Assembly: GCA_013265495.1 (NCBI GenBank)
Contig: MU057416.1
Coordinates: forward strand, 1,606,545 to 1,670,544
DNA: 64,000 nucleotides
Source: Vicugna vicugna
Taxonomy: Eukaryota
Direction of reading: 5' to 3'
Shown: in pieces, positions 1-13,340 of the stretch
Layout: each line of letters starts with the position of its first letter
How positions within the stretch are numbered: position 1 is the first letter of the stretch
Made by a program: the position numbers and the translations under genes
Notes under the pieces: generated by a model
Told to the model about the DNA's origin: nothing
The model's input: the letters and a program-made list of their open reading frames with translations, nothing else
Database searches by the model: none

Positions 1-470
1 ATGTGTGTGTTCACACGTGCCCGCCCGACACCGTTCACTCTGTCAGGATTCATCCATGTGGGGCAGATGTCAGTCTTTATTTCATTTTATTGCTGAATTA
101 TATTCCATTCTGAATAGAATGCATATTTCATTTTTGCTTACCCCTTCATCAGTTGATGGACATTTGGGTTGTTCCCACCTTTGTGGCTATTATAAATAAT
201 GCTGCTCTGAATAATGGCAGATTTTGTGTGGACAGGTGTTTGCATTTCTCTTGGGTAGGTAGCAAAAAGCAGACTTGCTGGGTCAGGTGATAACTTTGTT
301 TCCCTTTTTGAGAAACTGCCAAACCCTTCACAGCGGCTGCACTGTCTTCCATCCCCGCCAGCAGCGCACCCGAGTTCTGATTCCTCCACATCCTTGCCAA
401 CAGCTGTTATTATCTGACTTTTTAATCACAGCCTTCCTGGGGGGAAGTGGTGTCTCAGTAGGGCTATAAG
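1..470 (-). mobile_element. Old LINE-1 3' fragment
   Basis: typical L1M 3' text (gttgatggacatttgggttgttcc...tttttgagaaactgccaaac...ccacatccttgccaaca). Confidence 0.8.
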
Positions 471-1060
471 TGCTATTTTGCTTGTATCTCCATGTAAATT
501 AAGGATAAATGAAAATTATGGTAAACCTGATTATGTAAATAAATGATATGTAAAATGTTGTTTTCTGAACTGGAATTAGCCTCCACCGACTGGTCGGATG
601 TGTGTGCTGCGCGTTCCATCTGCGGCGGCTCGGGTGCTTGGTGTTCACGGTGGGCTTGTTACGTCCTTGTCCCCCTGCACCCTGGGGAGGGCACGGACGC
701 AGAGGTGCCCTGGCCGCTGTTGGAGACCGGGTTCAGTTTAGGAACTGCTTCCTTAGTCCTGCGTCTGCATCTGATATGAGAATGATCAAAGCATGAAGTA
801 TCAGAACTTCTGTCTGATAAAAGTGCGAGACTGAGTAATAAACTTCTTACCAACAACACTTAACGCGATCTAAGCGCTCTTCTTTATTTAATAGCTTTAG
901 CCTTCATTTCTGATACATGTGTGATTTATTTTTGTCTAGACTCCACTGGTTGGAGACAACTAGTGCCCCCCTTAGCGCAGATCCAGACCCTATCATGGGC
1001 CTCGGTGAATGCCTGGGGCTCCACTCCGCCTGCTTTCCGCCCCGCTGAGACGCCGGGCGC

Positions 1061-1080
1061 TGCGCTGCCCCCTGGCGGCC
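1061..1080 (-). promoter_or_regulatory. CTCF motif (reverse orientation) in a small intronic CpG patch
   Basis: reverse complement reads GGCCGCCAGGGGGCAGCGCA, close to the CTCF core consensus. Confidence 0.65.
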
Positions 1081-1144
1081 CCGGCGCGCAACTGCGGCCC
1101 CACGCTGCTGCCCGGCCTCCTGCTGTGTGACCTTGCACAGAGGC

Positions 1145-1270
1145 CCCAACTTCTCCCCTGTGAAATGGGTTAATAATACTGCATCTCACAGTGTTGTGGC
1201 ATTAGATGAGTTAAGTATAAATGCTGAAATCATCACATGGCACGTAACAGTGTTAGCTGTTACTATTCTG
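1145..1270. mobile_element. MIR SINE remnant
   Basis: core-like tgtgaaatgggttaataata...ttgtg..attagatgagttaa. Confidence 0.55.
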
Positions 1271-3519
1271 ACCTCAGTGCTTTAGGTAAGAAATTAAATC
1301 TGTGTATTTAGAGTCATAAATCACTCCACGTTGATTGGTTGTGGCCAAAAGTTTATTTTGCACTGTTGTGTATGTACTTTGCTATACGTAATTTTTCAGT
1401 TTCCTTATACCTCACATTGTAAAGTTAAAGGGCAAAAAAATCGTGCTAAAATTTGAAGGTTCTTAGTTTGAAAGCGGACGGATAGCATATGGGAATAAGT
1501 GTAGGCACAGTAGTGGAATTTTTTAAAATCTGTTTTTGAATTTAGGAAATGAAGTAATCAGTGAAGAGGACTTTGTTCTGAAAATGTATTACTAATTAAA
1601 CTAAGTGCTTGCAACCCAAACTTTTGAAGCAAACTATAGATTTTGTATGTATGTTTTTACATGTTACAACAGAGTCATTTCTAAGTAAGTTTTCCTGTTA
1701 TCCATTCCTTTTCCCTTTCTGTTTCATATATATATGTTCAAGGCGTGTGTGTACGCATGCTATGTGTATGTGTACATGTGTGTACATACACGTGTGCATG
1801 AGTACTTACATACGTGTCTCAAACGTTGTTGAAGTAAGGTGCTGATTTTCTGTTCAGTACTGTGTTGTGCGTATTTCCCCTACTGTTAAGTAGTTTAAGG
1901 TAGCATACATTGCTCATTGTGGTTGTAACATTGCTTCCTTTCTTACGTATGGTACTGTAATGGTCCGTTTCATTCATATAGCTCTTTTTTCTCTCTTAAA
2001 TCATATCTGTAGAATAAATTCAAGAGAAAAAGGCTTAATGAGGACACGAATGGCTTTACGGCCCTTGAAATGTCTTCCCACGTTTTTGTTCAAAAGAGTT
2101 ATGCTGTCATGGCTGTTAGACACTAATTACTAAGAGCTTCCCCCTTGAAACGTGTGCTGGGAGCACAGCGGGAAGGCTCGGGGCTCGGTTGAGGGGGCAC
2201 AGAGCCGCGGGGGGCGGGCAGCCCCGCGGAGGTGGGACTGGAGGGCAGGGCGAGGCTGGAGCGTGACGTCACTCTCGAGGCGTGGTTTCCCTCCTTGCGT
2301 GTGACATCTGTCGTCTCCAAAACGCGTTTCTTTCTAAACTGAGTGACTTCCTTTCTGCCAAGCGCACGGCACAGCGGAAAGAGCCCATAGGCTTGGACGA
2401 ACCGTTTCATTTTCGGAGCTTCAGCCTCCTCGCATTAGGAGCATACGTGATGCCCCCTTCAGAGAGTTTTGGGGCTGCAGACAGTGAGCATCGCCTGCAG
2501 CCTTACTTCAGAAAAGGTCTGCAGGGAAGAGCCAGGGCGCTGGTGACGGCTCGGCAGGCGGCTGGCGTGTAAGGTAGACCTGACGAGGCGTCACCACTGG
2601 CTCACGAGGCCGTGGTCAAGCTTCCTGCTTCAGAGGGAGCACCTGCCTTCCCGAGACGCTGCCAGTCCACCACCTCCGGCGCAAACCCCACAGCCTCAAC
2701 CTGCAGAGGAAAGCTCGCTCTTCACTCTTTAAAGTGACCAGTGGACCAACTCCCTTCCCTGCTTCAGCCCTTGCGAGCTAGTTGCCAGGTGCCATGTTAG
2801 GTGGAGGGACTGTGACAGCAACTGGAACAGCGCCCTTGACCTCGACAGTCTCCCTCTGACCCGGGGGTCCGTCCTGCTTGAACTAGCGGGACAGCTGGTG
2901 ACCCCCAGACCTTCTGCTCTCAGCATCACCTGGGGGCTTTTAAAGTTCTGTTGCCCATGCCTGGCTCTGGATGGTTCGGTCAGGATTCAGTGCAGGCATC
3001 ACAAGATCTAAGGTGGCGATCGTTTCACAGCGTGCACACGCCCCGTCATCACACTGCCCACCTTCAGTGACAGCGGGTGTGTCCGGTATGTCTCAGTAAA
3101 ACGGGAGGAGAAGGAGCTTAATGCAAGTCTAAGTGATGCTCCGTAGGAGCCTGTACTCACGCTGCAGGAGGAGTGAGCCGTTTTGATTGGACAGGGAATT
3201 GGAAGAAGCCTTTCCCGGGAGGGTGGCAGTCAGACCAGAGACAGGACTCGGTCTGCATCACGAGGGGGACGGGGGACAGCCAGCAGGGGCCTGGGAGCGC
3301 GTGGATTGGCGACAGCTTTAGGAGCAGCAGGCAGCCTTCTGAGACTGTTCTGAAGGGAGTGGAGACTGGGGAGGAACCGGGAGGTATAAAGCTAGACTCA
3401 TGGGTCGGGAGGGGCCAGCCGGTAAAGCGCTTTACCCTTTTTAAGGAGTTTGGACATCACTGTGAAGAAGATGAGGGAGACTTGATGAGAGAATGATGCA
3501 ATGAAATCTGATTTGGAGA

Positions 3520-4100
3520 CATCACTAGTCTCTAGTGTACAACATCTTCAGAAATAAATTCCAGGTGGATTTACAGTAATAGAAAAAGTAGAGAACGTTA
3601 TTTCTGTATTTTGAGGGGGTGTAGGGGGAGCCTTTTGTCAACATGAGATGAATTTCAAAGCTATAAAGGAGACCCTGAAGACTGACGGATTTTACCAAGG
3701 AAGTATTTATAGAACTTCTCTGCAGCACGCTGCATTCTGAATAAAGTGGGAAACCCAAAGGCAGACTAGGGAAAACTGCTGCCTGGGTGACACAGAGCTA
3801 ATGTACCTGACGTGTGATGAGCTCTTAAAGATTGAGAAAGAAAGATGAACATCCCAAAGAGAAAAACGGGCCGAGGACATGAGCAGGCAGGTTTCCAGGA
3901 GAAACACAAGTAAGTGCTAAGCACACAGAGAGACGTCCGTCCCCAGGAATCGGAGAAGCGCAGCGCCTGAGCAGGAGTGGGTGTTGCAACCTGCAGACTG
4001 GCATGGCTGATGGAAAGCGAAGAGGACGACGTCGAGTGCTGGCAGAAGATGTGAGGGAACGGGCACACTTGGTGACGTTCTTGCGGGGAGGTCAGTTGCT
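3520..4100 (+). mobile_element. Ancient L1 (L1ME-like) ORF2/3' remnant
   Basis: ataaattccaggtggatt...gaaaaacgggccgaggacatgagcaggcag...gtgctggcagaagatgtg motifs. Confidence 0.55.
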
Positions 4101-4867
4101 GCACCCTTTCTATATCCGAGCTTAACCCCCAGTGAGAAGCCTTCCCTAGGGAAGCAGAGGTTTGGCGTTGTTGGCAGTGCCAGGGAGCAGGAAACAGCGG
4201 CAGGGCCTGCCCGCAGGTGAGCAGCGGGGCTTTGGCAAGCCTGCATCCCAGCCGCTCGCCCTGCCTGGGGAGCAGGGGCGGGGGTGCTTCCTACTTGATA
4301 CACGTTGTAACGTGTGGACGTTTTAAGAACCGCCCTGTACCATTTCTGTGTGAAACCCTCCCTCCCAGAAACCCCAGCCAAGGAGAGGCCGGCGTTCCTG
4401 GGCTGGAGGCAGGGGGAGAGGCGGGGCTTGGGGCCAGGAGACCGGGCAGAGTTTTTACCCAGTTCAGGTGTGAGAACTGGTGGTGGTTTGAAGGAGGGGC
4501 CGGTCGGGAGACGTCTCAGAAGCAGAGGTGGCGGGTGTCCACTGTGCAGACACAACGCGCGGTCGCGGTGACTGCCGGCTGCCAGCTGTGCCCCCCGTGG
4601 CTGGGGACGGCGCTGTCAGGAGTCGGAAAGCAGGAAAGAGCGCGTCGTTTGATGAGCGTGTGAGTGTGACCTGGGCGAGGGCCTGACCAAGTCGTTGGCT
4701 TCCGTCAGCGTGTCTCCGGCACAAGCCGTGCGTGCTCTCTGCGGCTTGTCTTCTGCAGCCTGTAGGTCTGCTGCTGCGTGACGGGAAGCATCAGTGCTTA
4801 AATGCTGTGAGCCGCGCCTTCTACGTGTGTGTTTCTTTACCAGTGGGTTTTTGTTCTGTGTTTGCAG

Positions 4868-5029
4868 AGCGCTCACTTGGCCATGATAGATACCCTCATG
4901 ATGGCCTACACCGTAGAGATGATCAGCGTGGAGAAGGTGGTGGCGTGTGCTCAGCAGTACTCCGCCTTTTTCCAAGCCACAGATCTGCCCTACGACATCG
5001 AGGACGCGGTCATGTACTGGGTGAACAAG
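4868..5029 (+). CDS. CAMSAP2: CAMSAP2 coding exon (first in window; SAHLAMIDTLMM...YWVNK), 162 nt
   Basis: tttgcag acceptor and AAG|gtaggc donor; peptide matches the CAMSAP N-terminal region; phase 0-0. Confidence 0.95.
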
Positions 5030-5097
5030 GTAGGCGTGTGCTCCCGCCAGCCAGCGGAGCCCCGTTACCAGGGAGCTGGCATCCTTGGTTAGCCATC

Positions 5098-5458
5098 TGG
5101 CTCTGCTCTGGACTGAATGTTTGTGCCCCCCCCCAATTCAGTGTTGCAGTCAGACCCCCCAATGTGGTGGTGTTAGGGGGTGAGGCCCCTGGGGCTGACG
5201 AGGTCACGGGGGCCTGGGCCTCATGCGTGGGATCAGTGCCCTTATAAGAGAGACCCAGAGAGCCCCTCGCCCCTCCTGCCGTGTGAGGATGCAGCAAGAC
5301 GATGGCCAGGAAGCAGGCTCCCCGGACACCGAATCTGCTGGCGCCTTGATCTGGGACTCCCCAACCCCCAGAACTGTGAGAAAGGAATGTCTACTGTGGA
5401 CAGGCCTCCCAGCCTATGGGAATTTTTGTTAGAGCAGCCTGTGCTGACTAAGACAGAC
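5098..5458 (+). mobile_element. MaLR (MLT1/MST-type) solo LTR
   Basis: tggactgaatgtttgtg...cccaatgtggtggtgttagg...gggatcagtgcccttataagagagac...gccttgatctgggact...agaactgtgaga...gactaagaca. Confidence 0.8.
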
Positions 5459-6173
5459 TGCGCTACTCAGTCTTAAATCAAAGTGAAAGCGAAAGCTGTG
5501 TAACCTCTCTTAAAATTTCCCTTTTGACTTAAAAAAATGCTGTTAAAATGAGGAACATAGATGCCACAATATCTGTAATTACATTTATGATTAATCTAGT
5601 TCATATCAGATTAGTACAGAATTCAGAGCACTCAGGGAGGGAGCTATATGCTTCAGGTGCTCAGTAAGTATTCTTTGAATCCAAGAATGAAATAAGTTTC
5701 TCATATTTCCAAATAGATGATTTTTAGGTGAGGAAACACGTGAGGACAGTCTGGTACTCATGAGAGTCAGCGAACGTGGCGGATGAGGGTCACACGCGAG
5801 AACTTCAGAGAGAGAACAGTTTGAAAAGATGAAAATAAATAAATGTGTGAGGGGCTGAAGAGAAAACGTGGAGTAAAAGCCATAGGAAAGATAAAGGCAA
5901 AGTGGAGGGTATACTGGAAAAAGAATGAAATGCAGCTTTAGGAATTTAAAATTTTAGTTGTTGAAATAAAAAGTTTAGACAGGAGGTTAGACATCGTTGA
6001 GGGGGGGATTAGTCAGCAGGAGGAAGTTACCCCGAGCGCGGCCCGGAGAGATGGGGTGTTCATTTGAGTGCTCCTGGCATTTGACATCAGAGATCTGAAC
6101 ACGCTTTTAAAGGTGCACGGTATTTTGTTGTTATTTTGAATATAAGTTCAAAGTGACGTTTTTATATTTTGAG

Positions 6174-6257
6174 GTAAACGAACATTTGAAAGACATCATG
6201 GAACAAGAACAGAAGTTGAAGGAACACCACACAGTTGAAGCTCCGGGAGGTCAAAAG
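6174..6257 (+). CDS. CAMSAP2: CAMSAP2 coding exon (VNEHLKDIMEQEQKLKEHHTVEAPGGQK), 84 nt
   Basis: ttttgag acceptor and AAG|gtatgt donor; recognisable CAMSAP2 peptide; in frame with its neighbours. Confidence 0.93.
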
Positions 6258-6939
6258 GTATGTATTTCCAAGAAAAAGAAAGGTGCCTTTATGAGACTCT
6301 GCGTTGACACACGTGTGCTGTTGGGGGAGATGTTAATAGTGGCGCTCGTTAAATCATTTTCTCGCGATGTTAACTAACTACTCTGGACAGCCTCGTCGTA
6401 AATAGCAAGTCAGTAGAAGCCCAAAGGAGGGCTAAGTGGATGGTGGTGTTTACAAAAAATCGTTAATGACTGGAGCTCAGTTTCTGAGGTTCTTTTGGCA
6501 AAAATAATGGTTTTGCCTTCGTTTGGTAAAATATATGAAACGAAAAGTTTTCAGTGTGTCAGCTTTATAATCACTTGTAATAAGACTAGCCTTTAAAATT
6601 ATATTCCAGGAATTGTAAGTTGTCCGTATGGTTTTTCTCTGAAGGAAGAAGGAACATTAACATGGATTCATTCTTTAAAAATTCTTAAACAGGCTTTAGT
6701 TTTTTTCTTTGAAGATCTGTGTGTGTTGCATACTAAAGCCTAAGGTACATTGTCTGCAGCACGAGAGAACATCTTAGGTCTTTTTAAATGTGTTACGAGA
6801 GTCCTTTGAACATGTTGCCTGGCCTTGAAGTTGAGGTGTAAGAGATTGTATTATTCAGAGACTTTATTTTCCATTTGGACTTTTTTTTAGTTAATACTGC
6901 ATTATATACTTGAAATGTGCTCATAGAGAGACTGGACCT

Positions 6940-9900
6940 TTTAAAAATTTTTCAGTGAAGTATAGCTGTTTTACAATGTGGTGTTAGTTTCAGGTGTACA
7001 GCAAAGTGATACAGTTACACATGTATTTATATTCTTTCATATTTTTCATTGTAAGTTATTACAGGGTATTGAATATAGTCCCCTGTGCTGTACAGTAGGT
7101 CTTTGTTGTATATCTGTTTTATATATAGTAGTTTGTATCTGCTAATCCCAAACTCCTAATTTATCCCTCCTGCTGCTTTCCCCTTGGTAACTGTAGGGGA
7201 TTACCAAAACCATTTGTTTTCTGTATCTGTGAGTCTTTCTGTTTTGTAAATAAGTTCATTTGTGTTACTGTATTTTTTTTAGATTCCGCATGTTAGTGAT
7301 TTCATATGATATTTTTCTTTCTCTTTTTGATTTACTTTTCTTAGTGTGATAATCTCTAGGTCCATCCATGTTGCTGCAGATGGCATTATTTTATTCTTTT
7401 TTGTGGCTGAGTAGCATTTCATTTGTGTATATATACCATACCTTTATCCAGTCATCTGTCAATGCACATTGAAGTTGCTTCCATGTCTTGACTGTTGTAA
7501 CTAGTGCTACTTTGAACATTGCAGTGCATATGTTTTTTCAAATTAGAGTTTTTTTCCAGATAAATGCCCAGGAGTGGGATTGCTGGATCATATGGTAACT
7601 ATTTTTAGTTTTTAAGTAACGTCCATACTGTTCTCCATAGTGGCTGCACAAATTTACATTCCCATCAACAGTGTAGGAGGGTTCCTTTTTCTCCACACCT
7701 CCTCCAGCATTTATTACTTGTAGACTTTTTAATGACGGCCAGTGTGAGGTAATAACCTCATTGTAGTTTTGATCTGCATTTCTCTAGTAGTGATGTTGAG
7801 CATCCTTTCATGTGCTTATTGGCCATTTGTATGTCTTCTTTGGAGAAATGTGTAAGTCTTCAGCCTGATTTTTGATTGAGCTTGTTTTTTTGGTATTCAG
7901 CTATGTGAGCTGTTTGTATTTCTGGAAATTAATCACTTGTTGGTTGCATCATTTGCAAATATTTTCTTCCATTCCATAGGTTACCTTACTATTTTATTTA
8001 TGGTTTCCTTTGATGTGCAAAAGCTTTTTAAGGTTAGTTAGGACCCATTTGTTTATGTTGGCTTTTATTTCCATTACTCTAGGAGACAGATCAAAAAAAA
8101 ATACTACTGCAATTTATGTCAAAGAGTTTTCCTCTAAGAGTTTTAGAGTATCTGGTCTTACATTTAAGTTTTTAATTCATTTTGAATTTATTTTTGTATA
8201 TGGTGTTAATAGAATTTTCAAATTTCATTCTTTTAACTGTAGCCGTACAGTTTTCCCAGCACCACTTATTGAAGAGACTGTCTTTTCTCCATTGTATATT
8301 CTTTTTCCTTTGTCATAGATTAATTGACCATAAGTACGTGGGTTTATTTCTGGACTTTCTACCCTGTTCCATTGATCTGTGTATCTGGTTTTTGTGACAG
8401 TACCACACTGTTTTGATTACTGTAGCTTTGTAATGTAGTCTGAAGTCAGAGAGCTTGATTCCCCCAGCTCCATCCTCCTTTTTCAGGATTGTTTTGGCTA
8501 TTTGGGGGTCCTTTGTGTTTCCATACAAATTTTAACATTTTTTGTTCCAGTTCTGTGAAAAATGCCATTGGTAATTTGATAGGAATTGCATTGAATCTGT
8601 TTGCCTCGGGTTGTGTGGCCATTTTAACAATACTGGTTCTTCCAATCCAAGAACATGGCATATCTTTCCATCTGTTTGTGTCGTCTTCAGTTTCTTTCAT
8701 CAGTGTCTTACAGTTTTCTGAGTTCAGGTCTTTTGCCTCCTTGGGTAGGTTTATTCCTAGGTATTTTATTCTTTTTGGTACGATGGTAAATGGGATTGTT
8801 TCCTTAATTTCTCTTTCTGATAGTTCATTGTTAGTGTATAGAAATGCAATATAGATTGCTCTATGTTGTTAATTTTGTATTCAGCAACTTTGCCAAATTT
8901 ATTGATGAGCACTTGTGGTTTTCTGGTAGTGTCTTTAGGATTTTCTATGTATAGTTTCATCTCATCTGCAAACAGTGATGGTTTTACTTCTTCTTTTCCC
9001 GTTTGGACTCCTTTTATTTATTTTTCTTCTCTGACTGCTCTGGCTAGGACTTCCAAAACTATCTTGAATCAAAGTGGTGAGAGTGGGCATCCTTGCCTTG
9101 TTCCTGATCTTAGAGGAAATGCTTTCAGCTGTTCACCATTGCGTATGATGTAAGCTGTGGGTTTGTCGTACATGGCCTTTATTATGTCGAGGTGTGTTCC
9201 ATCTATGCTCACTTTCTGGAGAGTTTTTATCATAAAGGATGTTGAATTTTATCAGAAGGTTTTTCCTGCATCTGTTGAGATGATCGTATGGTTTTTGTTC
9301 TTTAATTTGTTACTGTGGTGTGTCACGTTGATTGATTTGCAGATTTTGAAAGATCTTGCACCCCTGGGACAAATCCCACTTGATCGTGGTGTCTGATCCT
9401 TTTCACGTACTGTTGGAGTAAGTTTGCTAGTATTTTGTTGAGGATTTTTTCATCTATATTCATAAGTGCTATTGCCTGTAATTCTCTTTTTTTGTGGTAT
9501 CTCTGTCTGGTTTTGGGTATCAGGGTGATGGTGGCCTCATAGAATGAGTTTGGAAATGTTCCTTCCTCGGCAGTTTTTTAGAATAGTTTCAGAAGGATAG
9601 GTGTTAACTTGTCTCTAAATGTTCGGTAGAATTCACCTGTGAAGCCGTCTGGTCCTGGACTTTTGTTTTTGGAGAGTGTTTAAATTACTGATTCAGTGTC
9701 ATGACTGGTGATTGATCTGTTCATAGTTTCTATTTCTTTCCGGTTCAGTCTTGGGAGATTGTACCTTCCTAAGAAACTGTCCCATTTCTTCTAGGTTGTC
9801 TATCTTATTGGCATATAGTTGTTCATAGTAGATTCTTATGATCCCTTGTGTTTCTATGGTGTTGGTTGTAACTTCTCCTTTTTTGTTGCTGATTTTATTT

Positions 9901-10460
9901 ATTTATTTTTGTTTGTTTTTGTTTTTATTTGTTTATTTTGTATTGAGTTATAGTCAGTTTACAAGGTTGTGTCAGTTTCTGGTGTGCAGCACAGTTTTTC
10001 AGTTATACATGAACATACATATATTCGTTTTCATATTCGTTTTCACCGTGAGCTGCTACAGGATCTTGAATATATTTCCCTGTGCTGTACAGTGTAAACT
10101 TGTGTATCTATTCTGTATGCACCTGTCAGTATCCATAAATCTGGGTCCCAGTGTGTCCTTTCCCCTCCCCCTCCCCCCCAGAGAATACAAGTTTGTGCTC
10201 TCTGTGAGTCTGTTTCTGTTCTGTATCATTGCTGACTTTATTGATTTGGCCCTCTCCCTTATTTTCTTGGTGAGTCTGGCTAAAGGTTTGTCAGTTTTGT
10301 TTATCTTTTCAAAGAACTGGCTCTTAGTTTCATCGATTTCTGTCGGGTTTGTTTTTTTTTAAGTCTCTATTTCACTTATTTCTGCTCTGATCTTTGTGAT
10401 TTCTTTCCTCTGCCAACTTTGGGTTTTGTGTGTTCCTTCTCTGGTTGCTTTAGGTGTAAT
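6940..10460 (-). mobile_element. 5'-truncated LINE-1 (about 3.2 kb plus a nested insert) with degraded ORF2
   Basis: minus-strand peptides [28 protein letters not shown] and LYIENPKD; RT motif reads FADE instead of FADD; broken frames; 3' UTR at the left end. Confidence 0.95.
9900..10228 (-). mobile_element. Younger L1 3'-end fragment nested inside the older L1
   Basis: flanked by TSD ttgctga(t/c)tttatt (9886-9899 and 10229-10242); decayed poly(A) at the left end. Confidence 0.8.
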
Positions 10461-12688
10461 CCTGCCCCCAGTTTTGCTCCTGGATCTAATCAGGAATAAG
10501 GTCAAGCATCGCCTTGCGTTACCGGATTTCCAGAGAAGTCTTGTTTATTATACATAATGATTAAATTCTGTCGTAGTGTGTACACACTATGAACTAAGTA
10601 GGGGTTTCATGTGCTGACTTAGGACCCAATAGACATTGTTTCTGTGGAAAAAATGCCATCTGTATTCCAAACTGTAGACCGAGTGACCTTTAAGAAAAAC
10701 GAACTGTGTGGAATCCAGACAGCACCAACTTTCTCAGCACTTGGCCCCGAGGAATTTCACATGTTAAGTTAAACCAGCATTTGCCGAGTAAACAAATAAA
10801 TGAATGTGATTCACTTTCAGATACGTGGATTAGCACACATTTTTGTGTTAGCACACACGTAGCGTTTATATGTTCTTTTTCAAGTGACTTTTATCCCTTT
10901 TCTCATGTTAGAATGTTTGTGAAAGTGCGTGATAACCTCGCATGGTCTTCCTGCACGGCCCAGGTGTGCAGGAGGAGACCCTGTCACAGTACAGCAGCCA
11001 CTCCACGCAGGCCCTGGGGGCCTTCCCTGCACTTTTTGCAGCAGCCTCGTGCTCTTTTGAATGTGTGGACCAAAGATCCTTCAGCCACTTTCCCACGGGC
11101 GTCTAAGTAGTTTGCGGCATCCCGCAATTACAAATAATGCTGCAAGAATAATGTCGTGTGTCTCCTTCTGCGTCCTCAGGTTCTCAGGGTACATTCCCTG
11201 GAGACGGGGTTGCTGGACCGAAGGGAAAATGCATGTGTGGGTTCGGTGGCTAGTGCCAGATTCTCCTCCACGGGGCTTCGTACCGTTTTACACTCTTACT
11301 GACATTCGTCACAACCTTTGGACCTACAACAGGAAGAAGATTGTTAAGACTAACCGGTCATGAGGTGACCAGTCACAGCTGTGATTAACTCCTTAAAGAA
11401 GCCGATGTTTTTGAGGTCTCCGACGAAGGCCACATCAAAGCAGCATCTTCCCCGTATGGCCTGAGAGCACCTAGGAGGGGTTCAGACATTATCCCAAGTC
11501 CCAGAGGGGCAGTAGGGAGCCCAGAGGAAGACAGAGCTACTGGGGGAGTATTAGTAGCGAGTCCTAAAACTCACCAAAGTTTAGGATGAGCCAGTATGTG
11601 TGATGAAGACAGCGGAAAGGAGGAACACCTAAAATTAGAGCTATTCCAGAAAACCTGACCTGCCCGCCCGCGTCCATCCCTGCCGTTGGCGAGGACTTGG
11701 TGGAAGCTTCTCCACCTGTTGTTCATGGACTTTTAAAACCTCTTTATCTCATAATTACTTACATCTTGAACCAGGACACGAGGTTGCAATTTGCTTAGAT
11801 CCTCCCTGAAAACCAAAAGGAGGGGCAGTTGCTGGTCACCTGAGAAATACAGTTACCTTCAGCATGGCACTTGCGCTGGGTATTTGAGCTTTCTGAAGCA
11901 TGGCTGGTATAAATATTTATTCATTCTTTTAGTACATTTACCTTTTTAAGTCACATTTCCTTCAGATAGCCAGTCTGTATGCTTTTCCTTTTTCCTCTGA
12001 TAGGATTGCTGTCACGCATTTAGGCCAGTGGAGAGGCAGGAGGAAGGCCAGAGTAGCCTGAATGAGCAAAAAGGTCAAGTACTGAATATTTTACAAGAAA
12101 CACAGAGTAAGTTGAACCATTGGAGACTCCTTTGCACATCCAGTTTTGAATGACCCACGGTGGGCCTTGTGGCCGTCAGTTTCTGTGTGGTGGATCTCCA
12201 AGTCTGGCACGTCTCTTGTGCCCTGGGAGTCCGGACGCGCTCGGGGCTCCTGCTCTGGTACGTCTTGCGGCTGCTACAACTGCGGCTGCTGCCGAAAGCG
12301 CTTGGTTAGACCGGGATTAAAGCACACGCAGCAGAATTGTCAGGGCCGTTCTTCCCGGAGCAGTAAGAGAGGTTTCTCTCTACGCGGGAAGCTGGTGTTT
12401 TTCTGATTCTCAAAGTTCTTGAAAATGACGTATTTATATTAGTTTCCCAAATAATCCTATCCTTATTATTGATTTTTGTAGGAAAAAACTTCTACATAAA
12501 AGTTGAATGTGAATTTTAACACAGACCCCATTTCGTTTGGTTTACTCCAGTGAATATTTATGTAAGGCTGCCCGGAAATTGTGCTTGGAAATACGAAGAT
12601 AAACAATCACAAAATAAGAATTCATAGTATCTGAAATTGGGAGTTTATCATACTCACCTTTTTAAAGAAGTAGAATTACGTTCTTTGG

Positions 12689-12708
12689 GTCACCACTAGA
12701 TGGCAGAG
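12689..12708 (+). promoter_or_regulatory. CTCF motif (forward orientation)
   Basis: GTCACCACTAGATGGCAGAG matches the CCACTAGATGGC-type core. Confidence 0.6.
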
Positions 12709-13307
12709 TTGATAACATCTGTATTCTCCCTGTGTTCGCAGCTGCTTGCTTTAGAGACCCTATTAAAATAGCAACTGGTAAGAATTGCCAACTTTTCCCC
12801 CCATTAATGAAGGAAGTTCTTTACATAGCTGAAAGAAACGCTCGTCTTGTGCAGCTCAGCATCGCTGCTGGCTTCATTCGCGCACTCACTGGGGCAGCGT
12901 CCTTCCCTCCCTTTTGGGAAGGACGCTGCCTTCCCGGCCCTGGTCTCCTGATGTCTGAGCGCTTTAACGATCGCAGACCGCGCTGTAGAATCTTTCTGCT
13001 CCCTCTGTGGTACGGATTTATTCTTCAGTATGGTGTGTGATCCCAGACCGGAGGGATGGAATTCTGAGCATGCAGCACATCATGCGTGCCCTAGACACGG
13101 ACAAGAGGAGGTGCTGGTCCTCATCGCTAGGAGCCTCTGTATTTTAAACTAAATTCTAAGGTCTTAACATTTTTTAAGTGTTATGAGAACTGTAAACTTG
13201 GAGCTCCACTATCAGAAGCTCTGCTCTAACTGGTTAATTAACAATAATTCTGATGGATTTTCCCTTTGCCTTTTGCTCTCCCTTTTCTCCTGCTGCTTCC
13301 TCTGAAG

Positions 13308-13340
13308 TCTCCTTCCAAGTGGTTTTGGAAACTGGTTCCA
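13308..13340 (+). CDS. CAMSAP2: CAMSAP2 33-nt cassette microexon (SPSKWFWKLVP)
   Basis: long pyrimidine tract ending ctgaag, CCA|gtaagt donor; peptide matches my recollection of the 11-aa insert in the long CAMSAP2 isoform. Confidence 0.9.

Noticed and set aside
1742..1817. Alternating purine-pyrimidine (TG/TA/CA) tract with Z-DNA potential
   Set aside because: A degenerate simple repeat of a common kind with no supporting context.
8313..9396. Functional reverse transcriptase gene
   Set aside because: Fragmented L1 ORF2 with frameshifts, a mutated catalytic motif, and no 5' end or ORF1.
11300..11600. Possible pseudogene or transposase fragment
   Set aside because: A short open frame exists but I could not match it to any family; a translated search would be needed.
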